Assembly: GCA_029219205.1 (NCBI GenBank)
Contig: JAQXSY010000030.1
Span: forward strand, 1 to 58,998
Direction: 5' to 3'
DNA from: Bacillota bacterium
Lineage (GTDB): Bacteria > Bacillota > Clostridia > Oscillospirales > CAG-272
DNA length: 58,998 bases
The stretch's first letter is position 1. Each line of letters starts with the position of its first letter. Shown piece by piece: positions 38,614 through 47,096 of this stretch. The position numbers and the translations under genes are program-made. The notes under the pieces are model-generated. The model had not been told where the DNA came from, made no database searches, and was given only the letters and a program-made list of their open reading frames with translations.

Positions 38614-39900
38614 CTAAATTGCTTTTTTTACAGGATATTTATCGCAAATACCTTCATAAACCGAGCCGAGCGCCCAAATCGTGTACAGAACCCAGACTCC
38701 GGTAACGGCAAAATTTATCACCCACCAGTACCATGCCTTTGCGTCGATCATCGCGTACATCAAAAGAGATACCGTCTCTTCTGCAATTCCGCCTATAAAG
38801 CAACCGATCATTTTATTACGGTACATGTTCTTGCGGCGCAGCTCGGAAGTATTAAGATGATAAAAACCGTCCTCGGCAAATACTCCGGTATGCGCGTCTG
38901 AAATTTTTGAAATCATCCGACAAATGAAACCCAGCGACAAAATAAACGCAGCCGACGATATAGCCTCAAAAATCAAATAATATAACGGAGCTCCAGTTTC
39001 GGAGATATCTCCGCAGCCGAGCGACGCAATAAACGCCGCAGCCGACACGGCAATATACGCAGACGACGCAAAAACAGATTTTTTTGCCATACCGCAGACC
39101 GGGATTAAGACAAATGCTGCCGTGGTCAAAAATATTGCGCCGACAAAATCAGGCATAATATTTGTTCCCATTGTAAAAAAGTCAATCATAAACACCGCGC
39201 CAGCGCCTATCAGAAACCGTGCATAGGAAAAGCGCTTTCTGACTTTTTCTCCCTCCGGGATAACGATAGCCGCAACTTCGCTTTGCAACGATTCCATAAA
39301 AGCAGTGTTCTTTCCGATTCTTCTGAAAAAGGAAACGGAAAGGCAAAGCCAAACGGCGCCTGAAACCAGCGAAAAGAAAACGCCGACAAGTATAAGCACA
39401 GGTTTATAGTAAACGAGAGAATACGACTCAACATAAGCGTCGTCATAGACCTGCGTCAAATAAACAAGCTCCGGCATAATGTTTAAAAACGCCCTGACAA
39501 CCGCAAACACCAAAGTTGACACCGCAAGTCCTGAAGGTTTCGGAATCGAAAAGCCGAGTCTCGTTCCAAGATAGGACAATCCGTCGGCGATATACCTGAA
39601 GGAAGAAATAAAGTATATGGTTTCAAGCAGCATGAATCCCAAAGTAAAGACAAGCAAAAAAGTCTTTTCGTCGCTGCCGATAATGAATATAACTGGAATT
39701 GAAGCTGTTTTTACGGCATTTACCAGAGCCAGCCTGCGAAGAGGCTCAAGCGCCGCGCCAAAAGACGGAGAAACCGGCTCAAGCCTGTATATACCCGCAT
39801 AAATAAGCAAGCAGCCTATAAAATCCGGAAACACATCAATAATGTTTATATTGGGATTTACGAAAAACAGCAGTCCCGCAATAATTAAACCGATCCTCAT
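38614..39900 (-). CDS. polytopic membrane protein with internal duplication, unknown function
   Basis: 428 aa with about 10 hydrophobic helices. The motif (F/M)PDF(I/V)G occurs near the start of each half (IDVFPDFIGCLLI and NIMPDFVGAIFL). Lies 27 nt downstream of secA. Confidence 0.6.
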   Translation of the reverse strand: MRIGLIIAGLLFFVNPNINIIDVFPDFIGCLLIYAGIYRLEPVSPSFGAALEPLRRLALVNAVKTASIPVIFIIGSDEKTFLLVFTLGFMLLETIYFISSFRYIADGLSYLGTRLGFSIPKPSGLAVSTLVFAVVRAFLNIMPELVYLTQVYDDAYVESYSLVYYKPVLILVGVFFSLVSGAVWLCLSVSFFRRIGKNTAFMESLQSEVAAIVIPEGEKVRKRFSYARFLIGAGAVFMIDFFTMGTNIMPDFVGAIFLTTAAFVLIPVCGMAKKSVFASSAYIAVSAAAFIASLGCGDISETGAPLYYLIFEAISSAAFILSLGFICRMISKISDAHTGVFAEDGFYHLNTSELRRKNMYRNKMIGCFIGGIAEETVSLLMYAMIDAKAWYWWVINFAVTGVWVLYTIWALGSVYEGICDKYPVKKAI

Positions 39901-39927
39901 TACCGCTCCGTACGCTTTCTGTTAAGC

Positions 39928-42687
39928 TCAATCGCCGTTTTCATTGTTTGCGTTCATTCCGCAGCATTTTTTATATTTTTTGCCGCTTCCGCAGGGACAA
40001 GGGTCGTTTCTTCCGACCTTTTCGGACTTTTTGACAACAACTACACGCTTCTTCGGAGCAGGTCCTCCTGCAAAACCTTCTCCGGTTATTTTCGCAACCT
40101 CAACGCGCCTTATCGGACGCTTTTCAGCAGGCACAACCGAAAGTATCGCACGCACTGTATCCTCTCTTATAGACGAGATCATTTCGTCAAACAGATCGGC
40201 GCCCTGTATACGGTATTCATTGATAGGATTGCGCTGAGCGTATGCATTCAGCCCGACGCTCTCCTTGAGATCGTCCATGGCTTCAAGATGATTCATCCAT
40301 TTCGAATCGACATTTTTAAGAAGCAGAACACGTTCGACCTCGCGGAACTGCTCTGTTCCGAACTCCGATTCCTTCTTTTCGTATAGCTTAAGCGCACGCT
40401 CTGTAAGCATATCCGTGATATATTCCGTTGTTATTCCGTTTTGCTCTGTATCCGTATATCTGAAATCGCCGTCGCCGCAAAGAGTTCCGTAAAAATACGT
40501 TCTTAGACCGTCAAAATCCCAAGAGTCGGGGGTTTCCGGATTCATATGCGTCAAAACCGCCTGAGATACAGTCTGTTTTATCATATCGATAATCTTTTCA
40601 TGAAGATCCGCGCCGTCAAGTACCTCTTTTCGCTGATCGTAAATGATCGTACGCTGCTGATTCATTACGTCGTCGTACATGAGGACGTTCTTACGTCGGT
40701 TAAAGTTGTTATCCTCAAGCTGCTTTTGCGCGTTTTCAATGGAATTTGACAGTATGGAAGCCTCAATAGGCTGATCTTCGTCAAGCCCGAGACGCTCGAC
40801 CATGTTCATTATTCGCTCGCTTCCGAACAACCGCATAAGATCGTCGTCCAGTGAAAGGAAAAACCTAGATTCGCCAGGGTCTCCCTGACGTCCGGAACGT
40901 CCGCGCAGCTGGTTATCGATACGCCGGCTTTCGTGACGCTCCGTACCGATTATAAACAAACCGCCAAGCTCACAAATCTTTTTCGCTTCCGGCTCAATCT
41001 GCTTTCTGTATTTTTCAAAAAGCTCCTTGAAAATCTTTCTTGCCGCAAGCACATCTTCCGAAACGGAAACCGACGATCCGACCGCCAGACCTATAACGTC
41101 GTCCTCATAACCGAGCTTAAGCATCTCCTGCTTTGCCATGAATTCGGGGTTGCCTCCGAGCATAATATCGGTGCCTCGTCCAGCCATGTTGGTCGAAATC
41201 GTTACAGTCCCGAGACGGCCCGCGCCGGCAACGATCTCCGCTTCTTTTTCGTGATGCTTTGCATTAAGCACGGTATGCGGAATGCCGTTCTGCTTAAGCA
41301 TATGCGAAAGCTCTTCGGATTTGTCGATCGATACCGTACCAACAAGAACCGGCTGCCCTTTATCATGACAGGTTTTAATCTGTTCGACAATTGCATTGTA
41401 TTTTCCACGCTTGTTTTTATAAACGACGTCGTGATGATCTATTCTTATCATAGGCATATTTGTCGGAATCTCAACAACGTCAAGATTATATATCTCACGG
41501 AATTCGTTTTCTTCAGTCAAAGCCGTACCTGTCATGCCGGACAGCTTCTTATACATACGGAAATAATTCTGAAAGGTAATCGTTGCAAGAGTTTTCGATT
41601 CCTTTTCTATCTTTACGTGTTCTTTGGCTTCGATTGCCTGGTGAAGGCCGTCGGAATAACGTCTTCCGAACATAAGACGGCCGGTGAAGGAATCGACGAT
41701 TATTACCTGATCATCCTTAACTACATAGTCAACGTCGCGCTGCATGATGCCGTGAGCGCGGACCGCCTGGTTTATATGATGCGCAAGTGTTGAATTTTCC
41801 GGATCCGATAAATTTTCTATTCCGAAAAATTTTTCGGCTTTTTTGATACCGGATGCGGTAAGTACGGTCGTGCGCGCTTTTTCATCGACGACATAATCCG
41901 CGTCGATATCGTCGTTTTCCTGCTTATCGTCAAGCTCTTTAATGCGGAACTGTCTGAGCGTGGAAACGAACTTTTCTGCGCGGTCGTAAAGCTCGGTCGA
42001 TTCGTCGCCCTCGCCGGATATTATCAAAGGAGTCCTTGCTTCATCGATAAGTATCGAGTCAACCTCGTCGACGATCGCAAAAACATGCCCGCGCTGAACA
42101 AGACTCTCTTTGTATATGACCATATTGTCGCGCAGATAGTCAAAGCCGAACTCATTGTTCGTACCGTAGGTTATGTCACAGTTATAGGCGATGCGCTTCT
42201 CCGCTTTAGACTGATCGTGAGTTATTAAGCCGGTGGTAAGACCGAGAAAATTATAAACGCGTCCCATTTCCTCGGCGCCGAGCCGTGCAAGATATTCGTT
42301 TACGGTTACGACATGAACTCCGTTTCCGGCAAGCGCGTTAAGGTACGACGGCAGCGTTGCGGTTATTGTTTTTCCTTCACCCGTCTTCATTTCCGCGATA
42401 CGCCCCTGATGAAGGACTATGCCGCCCATAAGCTGTACACGGAACGGACGTTTTCCGAGCACTCTGCGGCAAGCTTCGCGCGCAACAGCAAAAGCCTCGG
42501 GAAGTATGTCGTCAAGCGTTTCAACTCCCGCAAGACGCGCCTTGAATTTATCGGTCATTTCGCGAAGCTCCTCGTCGGTCATGGCCTCAAATTTTGGCTC
42601 AAGCGCCTCAATCTTATCGACTGTCGGCGTCAGCTTTTTTATCTGCCGGTCGCTGTATGTTCCGATTATCTTATCAAGCAGTTTCAT
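39928..42687 (-). CDS. secA: preprotein translocase ATPase SecA
   Basis: 919 aa with MKTGEGKT Walker [21 protein letters not shown] and [10 protein letters not shown] motifs. C-terminal zinc motif [14 protein letters not shown]. Confidence 0.97.
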   Translation of the reverse strand: MKLLDKIIGTYSDRQIKKLTPTVDKIEALEPKFEAMTDEELREMTDKFKARLAGVETLDDILPEAFAVAREACRRVLGKRPFRVQLMGGIVLHQGRIAEMKTGEGKTITATLPSYLNALAGNGVHVVTVNEYLARLGAEEMGRVYNFLGLTTGLITHDQSKAEKRIAYNCDITYGTNNEFGFDYLRDNMVIYKESLVQRGHVFAIVDEVDSILIDEARTPLIISGEGDESTELYDRAEKFVSTLRQFRIKELDDKQENDDIDADYVVDEKARTTVLTASGIKKAEKFFGIENLSDPENSTLAHHINQAVRAHGIMQRDVDYVVKDDQVIIVDSFTGRLMFGRRYSDGLHQAIEAKEHVKIEKESKTLATITFQNYFRMYKKLSGMTGTALTEENEFREIYNLDVVEIPTNMPMIRIDHHDVVYKNKRGKYNAIVEQIKTCHDKGQPVLVGTVSIDKSEELSHMLKQNGIPHTVLNAKHHEKEAEIVAGAGRLGTVTISTNMAGRGTDIMLGGNPEFMAKQEMLKLGYEDDVIGLAVGSSVSVSEDVLAARKIFKELFEKYRKQIEPEAKKICELGGLFIIGTERHESRRIDNQLRGRSGRQGDPGESRFFLSLDDDLMRLFGSERIMNMVERLGLDEDQPIEASILSNSIENAQKQLEDNNFNRRKNVLMYDDVMNQQRTIIYDQRKEVLDGADLHEKIIDMIKQTVSQAVLTHMNPETPDSWDFDGLRTYFYGTLCGDGDFRYTDTEQNGITTEYITDMLTERALKLYEKKESEFGTEQFREVERVLLLKNVDSKWMNHLEAMDDLKESVGLNAYAQRNPINEYRIQGADLFDEMISSIREDTVRAILSVVPAEKRPIRRVEVAKITGEGFAGGPAPKKRVVVVKKSEKVGRNDPCPCGSGKKYKKCCGMNANNENGD

Positions 42688-42857
42688 AATTTATCAAAGT
42701 CCCTCTTTATGCTGATCGTAATTATAAGTTATCTTCTTTATTATACTATATTTGTCAGCCGATTAAAATAATAATTTGTAAATAATTATTGATTCTATTG
42801 CCTGTTACGGTATTTATATTATATAATCAATGTATAATTTCTTTTCAGGAGATAAAA

Positions 42858-43355
42858 ATGACTGATCTAAATATCGTACTCTGCGAACCCGAAATTCCAC
42901 AAAACACCGGAAACATTGCACGCACCTGTGCAGTAACCGGAGCCGCGCTGCATATAATTAAACCCATGGGATTTACTCCTGACGCCGCAAAGCTGCGCCG
43001 TGCCGGACTTGACTATTGGGATAAGCTCGACATAACATATTACGAATCATTAGATGAATTTCTTGCCGAAAAAGCCTACGAAAAAATATGGTTTTTCACG
43101 ACGAAAGCCAAAAAATGCTACACAGACGTTGCATATCCGGAGCGTGTTTTTATAATGTTCGGAAAGGAGAGCGCCGGTCTGCCCGAAGAACTGCTGCTCA
43201 GTCATCCTGATAACTGCGTCCGTATACCTATGCTCAGTGAACTCCGGTCGCTTAATCTTTCAAATTCGGTTGCAATCGCCGCATATGAAGTGCTTCGTCA
43301 GCACGGATTTGAACAGCTCGAACTCCAGGGTAACCTTCACCGGTACAACTGGTAA
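42858..43355 (+). CDS. trmL: tRNA (cytidine/uridine-2'-O)-methyltransferase, SpoU/TrmL family
   Basis: The start is moved to the ATG at 42858 (AGGAG 6 nt upstream) rather than the ORF-track start at 42789. Motifs are EIPQNTGNIARTC, FGKESAGLPEE and SLNLSNSVAIAAYE. Confidence 0.88.
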   Translation: MTDLNIVLCEPEIPQNTGNIARTCAVTGAALHIIKPMGFTPDAAKLRRAGLDYWDKLDITYYESLDEFLAEKAYEKIWFFTTKAKKCYTDVAYPERVFIMFGKESAGLPEELLLSHPDNCVRIPMLSELRSLNLSNSVAIAAYEVLRQHGFEQLELQGNLHRYNW

Positions 43356-43507
43356 ACATTATACAGAAATTCGTTTTCGTTCATAAAACCTCCTACTCAA
43401 TTTACAAAACCTACGAAATTATTATACAAATAATACATCCTTTATTAAAAAACATTTGGTATCATTTTATTGTAGAAAAGCTGATTAGGATTGGGAGGCA
43501 TATCCGG

Positions 43508-43930
43508 TTGAACGAGCATATTGGTCTTGACGGCGAAAAAATGTACGCTGAGACAGGCAAACAACAAATAAATCAGGACAATAAGGCTACGGCAGCCGAT
43601 GAACAGACAAATTCCCCGCAGCAGGAAAAAAGCAAGTCAGTTTCTGCGGAGGCCGCGACTTACGGAGGCTGCAGCTACAGGCTGACATACGACCGCTACC
43701 AAAAGCGTCACTCTGCGGAAGACAAAAAAACAAGCGGAAAAGAGATGCGCCATGCATGTGGGGTTGCGGCAGCTATCGTCGTTGCTTTGGCAATATTTGC
43801 TGCTTTGGGTCTGTTGATTTTCAATTATTTTTCAACCGGCATAAGACGCCACTTTGAATCGGCTTATGTGCTTGAGTGCTCATATGTACGGTGCGTCGTT
43901 TCAGACTGCGGTCACTCTGTGCAGATATAA
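43508..43930 (+). CDS. hypothetical single-TM protein
   Basis: 140 aa with a TTG start and GGGAGG 8 nt upstream. Polar low-complexity N-terminus and one TM helix (VAAAIVVALAIFAALGLLIF). No recognisable family. Confidence 0.35.
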   Translation: MNEHIGLDGEKMYAETGKQQINQDNKATAADEQTNSPQQEKSKSVSAEAATYGGCSYRLTYDRYQKRHSAEDKKTSGKEMRHACGVAAAIVVALAIFAALGLLIFNYFSTGIRRHFESAYVLECSYVRCVVSDCGHSVQI

Positions 43931-43984
43931 ATCAAAAATATAATCAGGCGTCGGTTAGATTTTCATTATCACCTAACCGGCGCC

Positions 43985-44923
43985 TTAACTATACTTTTTT
44001 CCCTGCCAACTGTCACGACGAACAAATTCTTTGTCAATTTCGTTTTGTACGACAAGCTTTTTAAGAGACCATTCCGGAGCTGCAAGACGGCTACTCACTC
44101 CGTCGCCCGTAACTCTTTCTATCACAGTATCGGGCGGCATTATTTCAAGCTGATCGCATACAATACCGACAAATTCATCCCTGCTCAGCATCGGTACATC
44201 GCCGCTTTTCCACATCTCAAAGATTTCGGTTCCTTCTTCAATATAAAGCATATGAATCTTCAAAGCATGAGGACGAAGATCTGCGACTTTTTCAGCCGTT
44301 TCAAGCATCATTTCCCGCGTTTCACCCGGAAGCCCGTTTATTATGTGTATGCATACGTTCAGGCCGTCAAGCCGTTTGTATGTTTCACAAAATTCTGCAA
44401 ACGTATGGCCGCGGTTTATCAGTCCGGCGGTTTTTTCGTGAACAGTCTGAAGCCCCAGTTCAACAGTCAGATACGTGCGCTCGGATTCTTCTTTTAAAAG
44501 CCGCAGGACATCATTGTCAATGCAGTCCGCACGTGTCGCAATGCTTAGCCCGACTGTTCCGGGAAGTTCAAGCGCTTCGTCGTAAAGTTTCTTAAGCTTC
44601 TCTGCCGATGCATACGTATTGGAAAAAACCTGAAAATATTGTATGTACCGTTCTTCAACGCCTTCTCTGCCCCATTTTTTAAGCAATATCTTTCGCTGAG
44701 CATCAAACTGTTCAAAAAGAGGCTTCCCCCTTCCGGCAAGCGGCTCTTTTGAACAGTATATACATCCGCCGACACCTTTGGAGCCGTCGATATTCGGGCA
44801 TGTAAATCCGCCGTCAAGAGGTATCTTGATTACCTTCCCGCCAAAACGCCGTTTCAGGTAACAATCATATGTGAAATATCTTTTATTTGTATCCGAATTT
44901 TGAAACGGATTTCTTTTTTTCAT
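43985..44923 (-). CDS. radical SAM protein, TIGR01212 (YhcC-like) family
   Basis: Cluster motif FTCPNIDGSKGVGGCIYC. The start is moved to the ATG at 44923 (MKKRNPF) because the ORF-track extension overlaps the upstream terminator hairpin. Confidence 0.85.
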   Translation of the reverse strand: MKKRNPFQNSDTNKRYFTYDCYLKRRFGGKVIKIPLDGGFTCPNIDGSKGVGGCIYCSKEPLAGRGKPLFEQFDAQRKILLKKWGREGVEERYIQYFQVFSNTYASAEKLKKLYDEALELPGTVGLSIATRADCIDNDVLRLLKEESERTYLTVELGLQTVHEKTAGLINRGHTFAEFCETYKRLDGLNVCIHIINGLPGETREMMLETAEKVADLRPHALKIHMLYIEEGTEIFEMWKSGDVPMLSRDEFVGIVCDQLEIMPPDTVIERVTGDGVSSRLAAPEWSLKKLVVQNEIDKEFVRRDSWQGKKYS

Positions 44924-44940
44924 ATTTTTATTGTAAATCG

Positions 44941-44975
44941 AACCGGGAAAGACTTTAAACAAGTCTTCCCCGGTT
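44941..44975 (-). terminator. terminator hairpin ending the 7-gene ABC locus
   Basis: On the minus strand: AACCGGGGAAGACTT-GTTT-AAAGTCTTTCCCGGTT followed by a weak T-tract (TCGATTT). Located 44-78 nt after the stop at 45019. Confidence 0.55.
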
Positions 44976-45018
44976 TTGTTTTGTAATGTAATTCTTCGAT
45001 TGTTTCGTCTGATTATTA

Positions 45019-46077
45019 TCAGCCGGTTATGCCGGAACGCTCAATACCCTGAACAAGGAATTTCTGGCAGAACAGATATACTATGATCAACGGAGCGATA
45101 ATCATAAGACCGCAAGTGTTCAGTGCTGCCGCCGAGTAAAGCTTTCCACCCGCATAGCTTGTGTCGATTGACTTCGGAACCTTAATTATATCGGGCATAA
45201 GTTTGATCGTTGACTGCGTAAAGAATACGTTTGTATAGAAGTTATCCGTCCACTGCCATGAGAAAGCAAACAGGAATACTGTTACCATCATGGGTATCGA
45301 AATCGGAAGTACGATCTGTACAAAAGTACGGAAGATGCTGGAGCCGTCAATGTATGCGGATTCCTCCAATTCATCGGGAACATTGCGGAAGAACTGACGC
45401 ATCATGAAAATGTAAAGTCCGTTCTTAAACGCAAGGCCTCCGATAGAGAGTAGCAGCAACGGCCAGAATGAGTTGTTCAGATTTATTGATGTGAACGGAA
45501 TGACTTTGAAGCTTTCGATCACACCGCCGCCGAGAAGATTGAAAATTCCGAGGATGTCAAAATATCTGAACTTCATAAACATTGACAGATGAAGCGTCTC
45601 GTGAGGAACGACCATCGTAAAGATTACGAGCGCAAACAGAATCTTTGAGCCCTTAAACTTATACTTGGCAAATCCGTAACCGATCATACAGCATACAAAC
45701 GTCTGAATAACGCCGCATGATACGCAAAGGATCGTTGTATTAAGCAAAGCCTGAAAATAACCGTTCTCAACGATTACCGCTTTGTACGTATCAAGAGTCG
45801 GGTAACGCGGTATCAATTTGACTGTTACGTCAACAAAATCCGCACGGCTCATGAAGGATGAAGCAATCTTTGTAAAGAAAGGAAGCAGGATTATGTAGGA
45901 AATTCCGAGTAGAAGAACAAGACGGAATATCCACCAAATGAGCTTTGCAAAGAAGAACGATGAGAAATATTTGATCTTTATACGTTCCCATAAACTGGTG
46001 CGTTCAAAATCAACCTTAATTTTATTTTTGGATTCCCTCAATACTTTAGGAGCTTTTTCAGTATTTTGTGCATTCAT
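45019..46077 (-). CDS. carbohydrate ABC transporter permease (MalG-like, long N-terminus), second pair
   Basis: 352 aa with 6 TM helices and the EAA loop ESAYIDGSSIFRTFVQIVLP. Confidence 0.85.
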   Translation of the reverse strand: MNAQNTEKAPKVLRESKNKIKVDFERTSLWERIKIKYFSSFFFAKLIWWIFRLVLLLGISYIILLPFFTKIASSFMSRADFVDVTVKLIPRYPTLDTYKAVIVENGYFQALLNTTILCVSCGVIQTFVCCMIGYGFAKYKFKGSKILFALVIFTMVVPHETLHLSMFMKFRYFDILGIFNLLGGGVIESFKVIPFTSINLNNSFWPLLLLSIGGLAFKNGLYIFMMRQFFRNVPDELEESAYIDGSSIFRTFVQIVLPISIPMMVTVFLFAFSWQWTDNFYTNVFFTQSTIKLMPDIIKVPKSIDTSYAGGKLYSAAALNTCGLMIIAPLIIVYLFCQKFLVQGIERSGITG

Positions 46078-46091
46078 TTTACATTACCTCC

Positions 46092-47096
46092 TTAAGCATC
46101 TCTTCTCTGGTAGAAGACGAACGCAGACAGCAACGCCGCTGCAAGAGCAATTATTCCAATTACCAACAGGAAGTACATCCACGCCATAGCCGAGCTTACA
46201 ACCGTACCGCCGGCTTCGTTGTATACGGCGTTTATGTAGTTCATAACCGTATTGGATTCGGATGTAAACGAGTCGATGATAGTGTAAACCGTGTTGACGA
46301 GAATCATAGGGCTGATCATCGGAAGAGTGATCTTCCAGAATGTTTCCCATGCTGAAGCGCCGTCGATCGAGCAGCTCTCATATATAGACGGTGAGATGGA
46401 CTGAAGTCCCGCAAGGAAAATCAGCATCTGAACTCCGGAACGGTTTATAATATCGTAAATATTATTGATAAGTCCGCTGACATACACCGCCAGATCGTTA
46501 CCGACGCGCATGTTGCTGAACAGGAACGAAAGGTCCGTCGCCTTGATGAGGTCAGTAACCGCGCTTCCGCCGGTACCGTCATCGATGGTCTGCGACATAT
46601 CGTTCATGTAGTTAAGAAGTTCGTTCGAACGGTCGATCTGATCGATAAGACCGGTCGAAAGAATGACTGGGATAAAGAATATCGCTCTGAACGCAGCGCG
46701 TCCAAACATATTCTGATTAAGCAGCACCGCCATAAACAGTGAGAATATGACAATTGCAGGTATATCAAACAGAAGCTGCTGAACGCCGGTTGTAACAGTT
46801 CTGATAAAATCCGGGTCAACAAAGAGCGCTTCCTGATAGTTTGCCCAGCCGACAAAGTTAAGAGTGTAGCCGCCGCCCTGCAGAATCTTTATTTCATTAA
46901 AGCTGAACTTAATGGAATCGAAAATTATTGGAATGTATATAATCACGAATCCAAGTATAAACGGCATGATAAAGAACCAACCTGCACGGGCCTTTTTCCT
47001 GTCGAGCGAGACAATTCTTCTCTTTTTAGGCTTCGGAGCTGCTGTTTTAGCTGTTGTTTGCTTTGTCAATTTTCGCACCCCCTGCTTACGGCTCAA
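46092..47096 (-). CDS. sugar ABC transporter permease (MalF-like), second pair
   Basis: 334 aa with a basic N-terminus, 6 TM helices and the EAA loop ESCSIDGASAWETFWKITLP. The start overlaps the upstream gene by 11 nt. Confidence 0.85.
   Translation of the reverse strand: MSRKQGVRKLTKQTTAKTAAPKPKKRRIVSLDRKKARAGWFFIMPFILGFVIIYIPIIFDSIKFSFNEIKILQGGGYTLNFVGWANYQEALFVDPDFIRTVTTGVQQLLFDIPAIVIFSLFMAVLLNQNMFGRAAFRAIFFIPVILSTGLIDQIDRSNELLNYMNDMSQTIDDGTGGSAVTDLIKATDLSFLFSNMRVGNDLAVYVSGLINNIYDIINRSGVQMLIFLAGLQSISPSIYESCSIDGASAWETFWKITLPMISPMILVNTVYTIIDSFTSESNTVMNYINAVYNEAGGTVVSSAMAWMYFLLVIGIIALAAALLSAFVFYQRRDA

Noticed and set aside
43947-43984. 12-bp inverted repeat GGCGTCGGTTAG...CTAACCGGCGCC between the hypothetical 140-aa ORF and the radical SAM gene.
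   Set aside because: It could be a bidirectional terminator, but it has a 14-nt loop and no U-tract on either side, and it abuts the radical SAM stop codon. That is too weak to call as a feature.
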